DNA from: Promethearchaeota archaeon
GTDB taxonomy: Archaea; Asgardarchaeota; Lokiarchaeia; Sigyniarchaeales; SOKP01
Direction: 5' to 3'
NCBI GenBank assembly: GCA_048938445.1
Contig: JBHLME010000004.1
Location: forward strand, 13,976 to 77,975
DNA length: 64,000 bases
Shown here: positions 30,377 through 40,187 of the stretch, piece by piece
Position numbering within the stretch: position 1 is the stretch's first letter
Layout: every line of letters begins with the position of its first letter
Translations under genes and position numbers: made by a program
The notes under the pieces: model-generated
Seen by the model: only the letters and a program-made list of their open reading frames with translations
Databases searched by the model: none
Told to the model about the DNA's origin: nothing

Positions 30377-30814
30377 ATGGTTATAGTAGCCATACCTTCT
30401 AGTGGAGAAGGAGGTTTAAACGAAAGTATGAATCCCCGATTTGGACGCTGTCCTAGCTTTACATTAGTAACTATTGAAAATGGAGAGATAAAAGAAGTAA
30501 GGGGGGTCCCAAATAATGCCGCAAATTCGATGGGTGGAGCAGGAATCCAAGCAGCACAGACTATAGGGAATAATGGCGCGGAAGAAGTTATCGTTGGCTT
30601 TTTGGGACCAAATGCTGCTGAGTCTTTAAATGCAATGAATTTAAAGATATATCAAGCACCAAATCAACAATTAACGGTTAAAGATGTAGTAGATTTATAT
30701 TTAGAAGGATCACTTCAAGAACTAGATTCTGCAAATGTAGGTGCTCATCATGGTATGGGTGGAGGAATGGGGATGGGCAGCGGAATGGGCGGTGGAAGAA
30801 GAAGACAATTTTAA
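30377..30814 (+). CDS. NifB/NifX family protein with Gly/Met-rich tail
   Basis: PRFGRCPSF, GGAGIQAAQ, GPNA. Confidence 0.9.
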   Translation: MVIVAIPSSGEGGLNESMNPRFGRCPSFTLVTIENGEIKEVRGVPNNAANSMGGAGIQAAQTIGNNGAEEVIVGFLGPNAAESLNAMNLKIYQAPNQQLTVKDVVDLYLEGSLQELDSANVGAHHGMGGGMGMGSGMGGGRRRQF

Positions 30815-30846
30815 ACAAATAAGCAAAAATAAAATCAATTGAAATT

Positions 30847-31767
30847 ATGGTTAGAACTCCTAAAATTATTACTATTACAGGCGGTAAAGGAGGTACTGGT
30901 AAGACACTTTGTGCAGTTAATATTGCAACCATGTTTAAAAATGAAGGAAAAAAAGTTTTATTAATAGACGGTGATGTTGAAAATCCTAATACTTATTTAT
31001 TACTCGGTGGAACTTTACTAAATAAAAAGGAAGTACATTTCTTTAAACCTAATATTCTTAAAGATAAATGTACCAAATGTGGATTATGTGCAGAAAATTG
31101 TGCACCACATGCTCTCCTTTATTTAGAAAATGCGATACCAATCCCTATTTTAAGTGTATGTTCCGGTTGTAAATTATGTTATAAAATTTGTCCCTCTGAA
31201 GCAATTCTACCGGATAGTAAAATAATAGGATGGAAATATCAAACGAAAGTAAATCAAATCTCCTTGTTAATTGGTGAATTAAAACCATCAGAAGCCCGTT
31301 CAGCAGCAGTAGTTGATGCACTTTTACAAGATCTTGAAACCATTATTGATAATAATCCTGAGACCTATGATATAGTTATTTTAGATACGGCGCCAGGAGC
31401 TCACTGTGATGTGGAATTATTAATTGAGAAATCAGATTTTGTCATTCCTGTAACTGAACCAACTAAATTTGGAAAATTAGATTTATTACGGATAATTGAA
31501 TTGATTGAGCTATTACAAAAGGAATATAAAGTAATTGTGAATAGATCTTCGTTATTAGGGTATCGAGAACCGTTTTTGAGGGAATTATCCGAGAATAATA
31601 TTGAAACACTTGGAGATATCCCATTAGATGATGAGGTTGTCAAATCTTATTGCCAAGGAACACCATTAATGGACTCTGAAAGTGTTTTTAATAGAAAAGG
31701 AGATGCATATTTAGCTTTTATAAAAATTTTTGAAAATTTAAAATCTTGGATTAAAGACAATATTTAA
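30847..31767 (+). CDS. MinD-superfamily P-loop ATPase with inserted ferredoxin (COG1149)
   Basis: GGKGGTGKT, DVENPN, CTKCGLCAENC, CSGCKLCYKICP, DTAPGAHC, VTEPT. Confidence 0.92.
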   Translation: MVRTPKIITITGGKGGTGKTLCAVNIATMFKNEGKKVLLIDGDVENPNTYLLLGGTLLNKKEVHFFKPNILKDKCTKCGLCAENCAPHALLYLENAIPIPILSVCSGCKLCYKICPSEAILPDSKIIGWKYQTKVNQISLLIGELKPSEARSAAVVDALLQDLETIIDNNPETYDIVILDTAPGAHCDVELLIEKSDFVIPVTEPTKFGKLDLLRIIELIELLQKEYKVIVNRSSLLGYREPFLRELSENNIETLGDIPLDDEVVKSYCQGTPLMDSESVFNRKGDAYLAFIKIFENLKSWIKDNI

Positions 31768-31784
31768 ATGGTGACTAGTTTCTC

Positions 31785-32705
31785 ATGGAAAAAAAAATTA
31801 TAGCGGTCATTTCAGGAAAAGGTGGTGTTGGAAAAACATCTCTTACAGCATCTTTAGCAAGTTTGGCTTCTAATGAAATAAAGATTGCACCAATTATTTT
31901 AGATTGCGATGTAGATGCTCCAAATTTGGCTATAATTCTACCAGCAAGGTCAGAGAAGGAGATAGAATCAATTGATACTTATACTACTTTAAAAGCTGAA
32001 TTTATAGAAGATAAATGTGTTCAATGTAAAAAATGTATCGATGAGCATTTTTGTGAGTTTAATGCTTTAAGATGGGATGCTGAAAGTCAAATACCAAAAA
32101 TTGATTATTTAGCATGTGAAGGATGTGGAGCGTGTAAAGTATTATGCTCTGAGCATGCATTTAAAATTGATGCGGTTAAAAGTGGCGAAATCATCTCTTA
32201 TAAGATTAATACTGGTCATCCATTTGTATATGGAAAAACTAGGTTAGGAAGTACTACATCAGGGAAATTGGTGTCAGATATAAAAGAATATACTAAAAAT
32301 TTAAAAGAATTTAAGGAGAGTAATTTAATCATAATTGATGGTCCACCGGGTATAGGATGCCCCGTAATAGCTACTGTTTCGGGATTAGATTTCGTTATTA
32401 CGATTACTGAACCTACTCCATCAGGTCTTCATGACCTTATTAGAGCAATTGAAGTAGTACAGGAATTTAAAATCCCGTTTGGAATAGTCATTAACAAGTC
32501 TGATTTAAAAAGTCCTTTTCAAGAGAAATTTAATGAATATATAACTCAAACAGATTATACTTTAATCGGAAAAATTCCATATGATGTAAATATTCCTCGA
32601 GCCTTGTCATTTGCTAAACCAGTTGTTGATTTTGACCCAGATACAAATGCGAGCATCGCAATTAAAACAATTTATAAAAATTTAAAAAAGTTGTTATGGT
32701 CTTAA
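31785..32705 (+). CDS. MinD-superfamily P-loop ATPase with inserted ferredoxin (COG1149, second of pair)
   Basis: SGKGGVGKT, DCDVDAPN, CEGCGACKVLC, DGPPGIGCP, TEPTPSG. Confidence 0.92.
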   Translation: MEKKIIAVISGKGGVGKTSLTASLASLASNEIKIAPIILDCDVDAPNLAIILPARSEKEIESIDTYTTLKAEFIEDKCVQCKKCIDEHFCEFNALRWDAESQIPKIDYLACEGCGACKVLCSEHAFKIDAVKSGEIISYKINTGHPFVYGKTRLGSTTSGKLVSDIKEYTKNLKEFKESNLIIIDGPPGIGCPVIATVSGLDFVITITEPTPSGLHDLIRAIEVVQEFKIPFGIVINKSDLKSPFQEKFNEYITQTDYTLIGKIPYDVNIPRALSFAKPVVDFDPDTNASIAIKTIYKNLKKLLWS

Positions 32706-32733
32706 CCGTCTAATTTTATAAATAGTACAATAA

Positions 32734-33156
32734 TTACTTAATTACATCTAAAATTAAGCATGCTTCTATTATTTTTATACCCTTAATTAAAGCAATTTTT
32801 TCTTCTATTATAGGATTAAATTGTGTCATGGAGGGTATTTTTACTTTAAGAAATAAACCGGCATCACCACTTAACCTCCAAATGTCCGTAATTTCTTCCA
32901 TTAAATCCAATTCATGTAATATTCTTTTAATATCTTTTAAATTTGGTTCGATTTTAACTAATATATGAATACTTGATTTAGAGTTTATACTAAATTCTGT
33001 AGTGTATTTTTTAATTACCCCATTTTTTTCTAATTTTTTTATTCTACGTCTAACTGTAGCTTCCGTCTTACCTATCTTATTTGCTATTTGTTGATATGAT
33101 CTCCTGCTATTCTCTTTTAATAATTCAAGTATTTTTAAATCAATAATATCGATTAT
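32734..33156 (-). CDS. Lrp/AsnC regulator with apparent non-canonical (ATA) start, not in ORF track
   Basis: Open frame IIDIIDLKILELLKENSRRSYQQIANKIGKTEATVRRRIKKLEKNGVIKKYT...WRLSGDAGLFLKV; in-frame TGA two codons upstream of the ATA and no in-frame ATG/GTG/TTG before the HTH. Confidence 0.85.
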   Translation of the reverse strand: MIDIIDLKILELLKENSRRSYQQIANKIGKTEATVRRRIKKLEKNGVIKKYTTEFSINSKSSIHILVKIEPNLKDIKRILHELDLMEEITDIWRLSGDAGLFLKVKIPSMTQFNPIIEEKIALIKGIKIIEACLILDVIK

Positions 33157-33541
33157 AAATCATCTTCTGAATAATTTTTTTGTTCTTGATGTAAAATATT
33201 TTTTACTCAAGTATAATAATGAATAAATATTCAAAAACTTTTCTGAGTATTTTATTGAAGTTTAATTTTGGGATGAGTTTATATAAAATATATCATTACA
33301 TTTAATTAGGTTTAATTAAATATAATTGAAACTCATTAATAAATATATGGTATAATTGTAAAAATTACATTGGTAAATTTAATTTATCGAGATATTGAAA
33401 CCATAACAAGGAGAATTGAGTCCAAAACTTTGATAATAATGATGAAATTAGATGAAAATCTTCTAGAGCAAATTTTCCTTGCTGTTTTTTATTCCCCTAT
33501 GAATACTATATTTTTAAATATAAAATAGGAAGTGATATGAT

Positions 33542-34321
33542 ATAATACAATTAGAATTATTAATAATTATTATAATTTTTGCATTCATTTTTGAATTTGT
33601 TGATACTGCTTTAGGTGGGGGTTATGGAACAATAATGACTCCATTGCTATTGATATTTAGCTTACAGAGACTTGATATCGTTCCAGCAATTCTCTTTTCA
33701 GAAATATTTACAGGGATTTCAGGTGCAACAATGCATCATTTCTATGGGAATGCTGACTTTTCACGCGAGGGTAAAACAAATTGGAATATATTTATTCTAA
33801 TAAGCATTATTGGAATAGGAGCAACTATTTTTGCGGTTTTCTTAGCTGTTGAATTAGATAAGTTAATTATAAATACATATATTGGAATTTTGGTTTTATT
33901 TATAGGAGTCCTGATGATGTTAAATAGAAAATATAAATTTTCATGGAAAAAAATAGGAATCGTCGGTACTATAAGTGCATTTAATAAATCGATATCTGGA
34001 GGAGGATTTGGACCATTAATAACTGCTGGTCAAGTTGTTTCAGGTAGGGATACTAAAAATTCAATAGCCACTGCATTAGCTTGTGAGGCACCAATTTGTT
34101 TGGCAGGATTAATAACATATTTTGTTTTAGAATCATCCACAACTGATTTTTTATTATTATCATTGGCATTAATTATTGGAGCTGTTCCAGCAACAATAGT
34201 TGGAGCCTTTACTACTAAAAAAATTAAAGATGAATATAGGTTCAAGCAATTAACAGGTGTTTTTATTATATTATTAGGAGCATTTGTTTTATTAAAAACG
34301 TATAAAATAATTTTCCCATAA
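33542..34321 (+). CDS. TauE/SafE family sulfite exporter, extended upstream to a probable ATA start
   Basis: Frame continues upstream of the track ATG (33635) through FAFIFEFVDTALGGGYGT, the first TauE motif; second repeat SISGGGFGP; GGAAGTGA SD at 33528-33535. Confidence 0.85.
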   Translation: MIQLELLIIIIIFAFIFEFVDTALGGGYGTIMTPLLLIFSLQRLDIVPAILFSEIFTGISGATMHHFYGNADFSREGKTNWNIFILISIIGIGATIFAVFLAVELDKLIINTYIGILVLFIGVLMMLNRKYKFSWKKIGIVGTISAFNKSISGGGFGPLITAGQVVSGRDTKNSIATALACEAPICLAGLITYFVLESSTTDFLLLSLALIIGAVPATIVGAFTTKKIKDEYRFKQLTGVFIILLGAFVLLKTYKIIFP

Positions 34322-34373
34322 AGTATTAATTATGAATATGAAAAAATTAAAACCAAAAATTGATTGAGTTAAT

Positions 34374-35384
34374 TTATAAAGCTTTAATCTTTTCTTGAAA
34401 AATAATTTTATTTCTTTTCTCTTCTATTAAATATAAAATATATTCATGATCTTGGGAAATATCCGGAAGTATGAATAATACTTCTTCACCTGGAAGCCAT
34501 TTTTCTATATTATCATAAAGAATCAATTGTTCAAAAAATTCATATAATGATGAGACCTTGATAATTATTTTATCGAATATATCTTTTGTTCGATTTGTTA
34601 TAATTATTTCTACTTCTTTTCTATCATTAATTACATTTATTTTATTTATTCTGAAAGGATTTTCGCTTTTATAATATAGATCTTGGACTTTAGGCTTATC
34701 AAATAATTTGATATTTGAGAATCCAATTTTTTTATCATTACTTACAATATAACTTATAGGAACTCCTTTTAATGAGAGATATGAAATTGCTTTTTGAATT
34801 TTTAAAATTGTTGTATCAGTTTTTTTTATTACCGATTGAAAATATTGCGAACAAATGTTTTTAATAAGTTTACTAATTCTTTTTTTTATCTTGTCTCCCC
34901 TTTCAATTAATTCTTTAGATTTTTGAGTTTTTATCATATCCAATTTTTCAATTTCAGCTCTAATCAATTCCGAAAGGTAAAATTTAAAATGTTTATTGAT
35001 TCTTTCTGTCATTTCTTTGATTAATGCACCACCAAAAATGTCCATCTCAATGGGTAATGCAAGAATTAATACTATAGTATCATAATTTTCTTCTTCTAAT
35101 CCCGCTCTTCTTTTAATTCGCTTTGAAGGAACTAAGAATTTTTTCGCAAAATACATTTTATCCCCATATTCCAAATCTACCCGATCAAGAGAGGTCTTAT
35201 CACTAAGATCTAAGAACCATATGGAATGGATCCGAAGTATGTGCATTTTTTCTTCATTTTTTTTTATAACATCCTCTGGACTTACTAAAATTGGAATATG
35301 ACCTAATTTCTCATCAAAATATAATAAAAAAACTTCACATAATTGTTCTGCTTGAATAATTTTTCGTTCATTCTCAGTTAACAT
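34374..35384 (-). CDS. hypothetical protein, possible N-terminal longin/uDENN-like domain
   Basis: VFLLYFDEKLGHIPILVSP opening motif; last gene of the hydrogenase operon. Confidence 0.6.
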   Translation of the reverse strand: MLTENERKIIQAEQLCEVFLLYFDEKLGHIPILVSPEDVIKKNEEKMHILRIHSIWFLDLSDKTSLDRVDLEYGDKMYFAKKFLVPSKRIKRRAGLEEENYDTIVLILALPIEMDIFGGALIKEMTERINKHFKFYLSELIRAEIEKLDMIKTQKSKELIERGDKIKKRISKLIKNICSQYFQSVIKKTDTTILKIQKAISYLSLKGVPISYIVSNDKKIGFSNIKLFDKPKVQDLYYKSENPFRINKINVINDRKEVEIIITNRTKDIFDKIIIKVSSLYEFFEQLILYDNIEKWLPGEEVLFILPDISQDHEYILYLIEEKRNKIIFQEKIKAL

Positions 35385-35426
35385 GTTATAAAATTATTTT
35401 TCCTCCATTAATTTTTTAAATTCTAT

Positions 35427-36728
35427 TTAATGTGTAGCACAAGAGATACAAGGATCAAATGCTCTTATCATCATTTGAATTTTTTTTTTTACAAATTGTA
35501 GATCTTTTTTTTCATATAATTTTTGAGCATATTGTGTAATCATTTTATTAATTAGTGGGAGATTTATTTCAGTGGCTATAAAAAGTTTTGCCTCTTCTAT
35601 AATTTTCTTATTATTTATGCGATAATGATGGATTAGCGTGCCTCTTGGAGCCTCAACAACTGCAATTCCATTTTGGTTTTTGATTGTAGATATTTCAGGG
35701 AGTGGAAAAGAATTCTTTAAAATCGGATCTTCCAAGAGATATAATGTTTTAATTACTTCAACATCCATTTCAATTAATCTTAAAAAATTAGCATATAAGA
35801 GATTGTTCCGCCATGATTTTTGAAAAAAATTGAGGTATGAGGAAATTTGATCCGTTCCATAACCTTCTATAATTTGATTTCGAGCTATTGGTCCGACTAT
35901 ATAATTTCTATTATTTTCAATGTTGAAATCAATTCCATGCAGATTAGGATCTTTGTCAAAATATGAGTTATAATGAATCTCGGAAAAATCTTCGTATTTA
36001 GTGTTGCTCTTTTTAAGTGTTAAAACACCCGCATACCTATCATAATCTTTATTCCTGTTTAATGCCAAATAATAGGGATTTGGAAGCATAAATTCTTCTG
36101 GAGGTGTAAATTGTGAAAAAATATTGATGAATTCTTCAATAATTGCTTCTAAAATAAACGATGATTTCTCAAGATATTTTTGGGCAATTTTTATGTTTTT
36201 TAATGAAGGTTGAAATATAGTACCTCCCGGTATGGGTGTTATTAAATGTATGGAACGGCCTCCGAAAAGAATATCAAGATCATTACCAATTTTTATTATA
36301 TCAAAGATATTTGAAGTTAATTGACTATTATATTTCAATAAATCATTTAAATTAAGAGTATTTTTACTTAAATTAAAGATTTCTAAAAGATCAGGAAATG
36401 ATTGAAAATAAAAATGCATCGCATGTGATTTTAACAACTCACCGACCATCAAGATGCGTCTTATAAAAACAGCTTGTTGATGAGGCTTGATATTATACAT
36501 TGTTTCTATAGTTTTACAGCTTACAATACTTTGTGATGCATGACATAATCCACATATTCTTGAAATTATTCTGGGAACATCTGTTATTTTTTTTCCTATA
36601 AGTAAATTTTCAAATCCTCTGTATGGTCCAATTTTAAATTCTACATGAGATATTTCATCATCTTTCATAAAAATTTCCAAATTTCCATGACCTTCGACTC
36701 TCATGCATACATCTACCACCTTTAGCAT
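35427..36728 (-). CDS. mvhA: [NiFe]-hydrogenase large subunit, group 3 (MvhA-like), no C-terminal extension
   Basis: RVEGHG, RGFE, L1 RICGLC, EAPRGTLIHHY, L2 DPCISCATH directly followed by TAA. Confidence 0.88.
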   Translation of the reverse strand: MLKVVDVCMRVEGHGNLEIFMKDDEISHVEFKIGPYRGFENLLIGKKITDVPRIISRICGLCHASQSIVSCKTIETMYNIKPHQQAVFIRRILMVGELLKSHAMHFYFQSFPDLLEIFNLSKNTLNLNDLLKYNSQLTSNIFDIIKIGNDLDILFGGRSIHLITPIPGGTIFQPSLKNIKIAQKYLEKSSFILEAIIEEFINIFSQFTPPEEFMLPNPYYLALNRNKDYDRYAGVLTLKKSNTKYEDFSEIHYNSYFDKDPNLHGIDFNIENNRNYIVGPIARNQIIEGYGTDQISSYLNFFQKSWRNNLLYANFLRLIEMDVEVIKTLYLLEDPILKNSFPLPEISTIKNQNGIAVVEAPRGTLIHHYRINNKKIIEEAKLFIATEINLPLINKMITQYAQKLYEKKDLQFVKKKIQMMIRAFDPCISCATH

Positions 36729-36729
36729 A

Positions 36730-37491
36730 TTATCGCCTCCAAATTTTTGGTTTTGAAAATCTATAGAATATGCCAGAATATTTTTTTAAATCTTTCACAA
36801 GATTAAGCAAACTTAAGAAATTAATTATACTCGAAGTAAAATCTCTTGAGACGGGTCCAAGACATCCTTCACATGGAATTCCTCGCTTTATGCATTCATG
36901 ATCACATCCCTCTCTAGTAATAGGTCCTAAGCACATAATTCCTCTACTTAAGAAGCAATTGGTATTTTCTTCATAATTATTGAGTTCAATATTGTGAGGA
37001 TATAGCTGATTAATCTGAGTAATCGGATTGAATTTAAAAGTAGTTTTGTAGGGACATTCTGAACATAAATTCTTTTTAGATAATTCAATATTTTTTCTCT
37101 CTAATAGTTTTATCAGACAATTTCCAAATAATTTTGACGGTGGAGGACAACCTGGTATGATTCCATCTATCTCTATAAAATCTGATAGAGGGGCGGCAAT
37201 CTTTTTTTTTGATAAACTTAAAATTCCTCCAAAAGCGGCACATGTCCCTAATGCGTATACTTTTTTTGTAGATATTCTTATATCTTTAAGAAAGTCAATC
37301 TGTGAATCCTCTGAAACACATCCTTCTATCAATGCTATATCACATAAATCTGCCCGAGGTTTATCAGATATAAAAGGAAAGTAAGATATTTCTGTTCTCT
37401 CTAGAAGTTGAGGAAAGATATCTAAGGAAATCAAAGAAGATATACAACCGCTACAAGATGTTAATGAGGTAATTAGAAATTTAAGTTTCAA
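36730..37491 (-). CDS. mvhG: [NiFe]-hydrogenase small subunit (MvhG-like)
   Basis: SCSGC, GTCAAFGG, PGCPP, CSECP, CFL..G.MCLGPITREGC...C...IPCEGCLGP. Confidence 0.88.
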   Translation of the reverse strand: MKLKFLITSLTSCSGCISSLISLDIFPQLLERTEISYFPFISDKPRADLCDIALIEGCVSEDSQIDFLKDIRISTKKVYALGTCAAFGGILSLSKKKIAAPLSDFIEIDGIIPGCPPPSKLFGNCLIKLLERKNIELSKKNLCSECPYKTTFKFNPITQINQLYPHNIELNNYEENTNCFLSRGIMCLGPITREGCDHECIKRGIPCEGCLGPVSRDFTSSIINFLSLLNLVKDLKKYSGIFYRFSKPKIWRR

Positions 37492-40027
37492 ATTTGTATT
37501 CCTCCTTTAATAGGTTATAAAATCTATTACTAATGTTTGAAAATTTTATTCCTTCTACAGCATTTAGGTTTTTAACAATTATATTCCTGCCTAACCTTGG
37601 CCCTAAGACCTTTTTTAATAATTGCACTTTTTTCTGTATTTTTTGAATGCCATCTAGATATCTGCAAGCATCTTTCCTACATCCAATAATCATTACTCCA
37701 TGAAATCCCCTTTCAAGAGCTCTTATTATGAAATTAGTATCAACCCGTCCGGTGCAAGGAACTCTAATGATAAATATATTGGGACGATAAAATTGTTTTT
37801 TAAGACCAGCATCATCGGCTGCAGCATACCCACAAGATTTACAGCAAAATGCTAAAATCTTAGGAGAAACGTTAAATTTTGAGTAAATGTCTATAGTTTT
37901 AAAAATCTTTTCATTGGTATCAATATTCATCTCAATAGCATTAGTTGGACAGACGCTTACACATGTTCCACATCCTTTACATTTAAATTTATCAATATTT
38001 ATTTTTTCCCCTTCAATCGTTATGGCATTGTATGGGCAAGCATTAACACACAATGAACAAAGTCCGCATCTTGTCTCATCAAGTTCTATCCCTGTGAATT
38101 CTGAAATTAAATAATCTTTCGATAGAAGTGATATTATTTTAAGTGCAACATTATTGGAAATATTTATTGTTGATTGATAGTTAAAAGGACCTAGTATTGT
38201 TCCAACTCCATAAATCCCTGAGGCCAATGTTTCTTCACTCATGAAACCGTTATCATTTAAAGTAAAATCAAGAGTTTTTCTGAGGGTTTTTAAATCCTTA
38301 TTGGGCATTAAATTGAGGTTCAAAATAATCAAATCACTTGGATATTCTTTTGAATCTGCAATCACTATATTTTCTTTATCATTTTTTTCTATTTTGACTT
38401 GTGAAACATAATGAACTCTTGAATCCATAGATTTCATAATTGGCTCATGGTTATGATGGAAATTTTTTAAATCATAAAAGGTATTTACGTGACAATCTGG
38501 GTTTTTTACTTTAATGCAATTTAAGTATTTTAGAGCAATATTATCTGCAAGTTCGGAATGATCGTGAGCAGGTCCAACATCCTGAATGATGGAGATGGAT
38601 TTTGGAGGTTTTCTATCAGATAATTTAACTATTTTACCTTCAGTAGGACCATCTGAAGATAATATCCTTTCAAATTCTACTGAAGTTATGATATTATCCT
38701 GAGGATTATAGTGATAATCTTTCAGATCTGAATATAAATCAGCACCTATAGCGATAACTTTCACACCCACTTTAATTTTAATTTCCTCTGGTTTTTGAGT
38801 TAAATCTATGGCTTTATTCACGCACGCTCTTTCACAAATCCTACAATTTAAGCAATTTTTAATATCAATTTCTTCTATTAAAGGAGCATAGGGATATGAA
38901 TTTTGAAAAGGAAGAAAAATTACTTTCCTGTTTACAAGATTAAACTCATATTGATTGGGTTTTTCCACACTGCATACTTCTATACATTGTTTGCATCCAG
39001 TACATTTTTTTTCATCTACAAAGCGAGGTTTTTTAATTAAATTTATGGCGAAATTGCCGACTTCACCAGAAACACTCTTTATTTCCGTATTAGTGAATAT
39101 TTCAATGTTTTTTTCTTTTACAATTTCTCCTATCAATTCTGAAATGAAACATATTGAGCAATCCCCCATTTTATAGATTCTATGCCACCGTGCCACTTTT
39201 CCTCCTAAAGTTGGAGATTTTTCAATTAAATACACTTTAATACCTGCTCTCGCCAAATTTAAACCTAAGGTCATTCCTGCTATACCCCCTCCTAATATAG
39301 CACAGCTTTTTTCAACCTCAACTCTTTTTACTTTAATTTCTTTTTGCAGATATATACGCTCGACAGCGGCTTCGATTAATAATTGTGCCTTTTTTAAAAT
39401 CAGAGCTGAATCATCTTTGCTATTAATCATTTGATGCACCCAACAACATTGTTCTCTAATATTTGCTATTTCAAGATTAGATCGATCGATTAATCCCTCA
39501 AAAATCCTTTCAAAAACATGTTGATGTGTCTTGGGAGAACATGCCGCAATTACGATTTTATTCAAGAAGTTTTCTTTAACCCAATTGGAAATTTTATCCA
39601 AATTTTTCTCTTGACATAAATTTTCAAATATCTTTACTGAAACAACATTTTGTATTTTATTGATATAGTTCTCTAAAGCGTTGATGTTAATTGTATTAGA
39701 AATTTCAGTATTACAGTTGCAAATAATCACTCCAATTCGATTTATTTCACTGCCTTTTGAATTAAGATATTCTATTTCTTCTCCTGATAAAATTCTTTTA
39801 TTTATATTAAGAATTTTTAAAATTCTTTTACCATCTTCAGTTAAAAAATATGATTTTTTATCTTTACCAATAAGAGAACCGAGTTTTCTTAGGTGGAAAT
39901 TTAATTGTCCTGTTTGATCTAAACCCAATTTATCCATTAAATCTGTGTATGGTATGTAACCCTCTTTTTCAAGGAGTAGTAAAATTTTTCTTCTAAACTC
40001 ATGAGACAATATTGAGTATATATCCAT
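37481..40027 (-). CDS. fusion of ArsR-like winged HTH, HdrA-like flavoprotein and MvhD domain
   Basis: aa ~1-80 LSHEFRRKILLLL..YTDLM..L....GQLNFHLRKL...YFLTEDGK; HdrA region ICNC, AACSPKTH, NIREQCCWVH, GGGIAG and four ferredoxin motifs; C-terminal FCCKSCGYAAAD, RVPCTGRVD, GCRKDACRY. Confidence 0.9.
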   Translation of the reverse strand: MDIYSILSHEFRRKILLLLEKEGYIPYTDLMDKLGLDQTGQLNFHLRKLGSLIGKDKKSYFLTEDGKRILKILNINKRILSGEEIEYLNSKGSEINRIGVIICNCNTEISNTININALENYINKIQNVVSVKIFENLCQEKNLDKISNWVKENFLNKIVIAACSPKTHQHVFERIFEGLIDRSNLEIANIREQCCWVHQMINSKDDSALILKKAQLLIEAAVERIYLQKEIKVKRVEVEKSCAILGGGIAGMTLGLNLARAGIKVYLIEKSPTLGGKVARWHRIYKMGDCSICFISELIGEIVKEKNIEIFTNTEIKSVSGEVGNFAINLIKKPRFVDEKKCTGCKQCIEVCSVEKPNQYEFNLVNRKVIFLPFQNSYPYAPLIEEIDIKNCLNCRICERACVNKAIDLTQKPEEIKIKVGVKVIAIGADLYSDLKDYHYNPQDNIITSVEFERILSSDGPTEGKIVKLSDRKPPKSISIIQDVGPAHDHSELADNIALKYLNCIKVKNPDCHVNTFYDLKNFHHNHEPIMKSMDSRVHYVSQVKIEKNDKENIVIADSKEYPSDLIILNLNLMPNKDLKTLRKTLDFTLNDNGFMSEETLASGIYGVGTILGPFNYQSTINISNNVALKIISLLSKDYLISEFTGIELDETRCGLCSLCVNACPYNAITIEGEKINIDKFKCKGCGTCVSVCPTNAIEMNIDTNEKIFKTIDIYSKFNVSPKILAFCCKSCGYAAADDAGLKKQFYRPNIFIIRVPCTGRVDTNFIIRALERGFHGVMIIGCRKDACRYLDGIQKIQKKVQLLKKVLGPRLGRNIIVKNLNAVEGIKFSNISNRFYNLLKEEYKFET

Positions 40028-40148
40028 TTTTTCATCCCTTCCACCAATTAAAGGATTATTTTTTTTTGAAAAATTAAATTTTTAAAAAAAATAATTTTGA
40101 AAATTTTTTTTATCGAACTATTTTCACTAAGATATTAATAATATGAAT

Positions 40149-40187
40149 AATATTTAAATATTTTGGTTAAATCCGAAAAATATTCGA
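40149..40187. promoter_or_regulatory. conserved AATATTTAAATATT-N2-GGTT-N4/5-CCGAA-N5-TTCGA element, copy 1
   Basis: Same element at 51765-51804 and 54936-54975, each in a divergent intergenic region. Confidence 0.7.

Noticed and set aside
27567-30814. NifB/NifX and NifU-like genes as evidence of nitrogen fixation
   Set aside because: No nifH/D/K in the window; these families are common in non-diazotrophic anaerobes
35427-35456. Selenocysteine in the hydrogenase L2 motif (VhuU-like)
   Set aside because: The codons are TGT (Cys) and the stop is TAA
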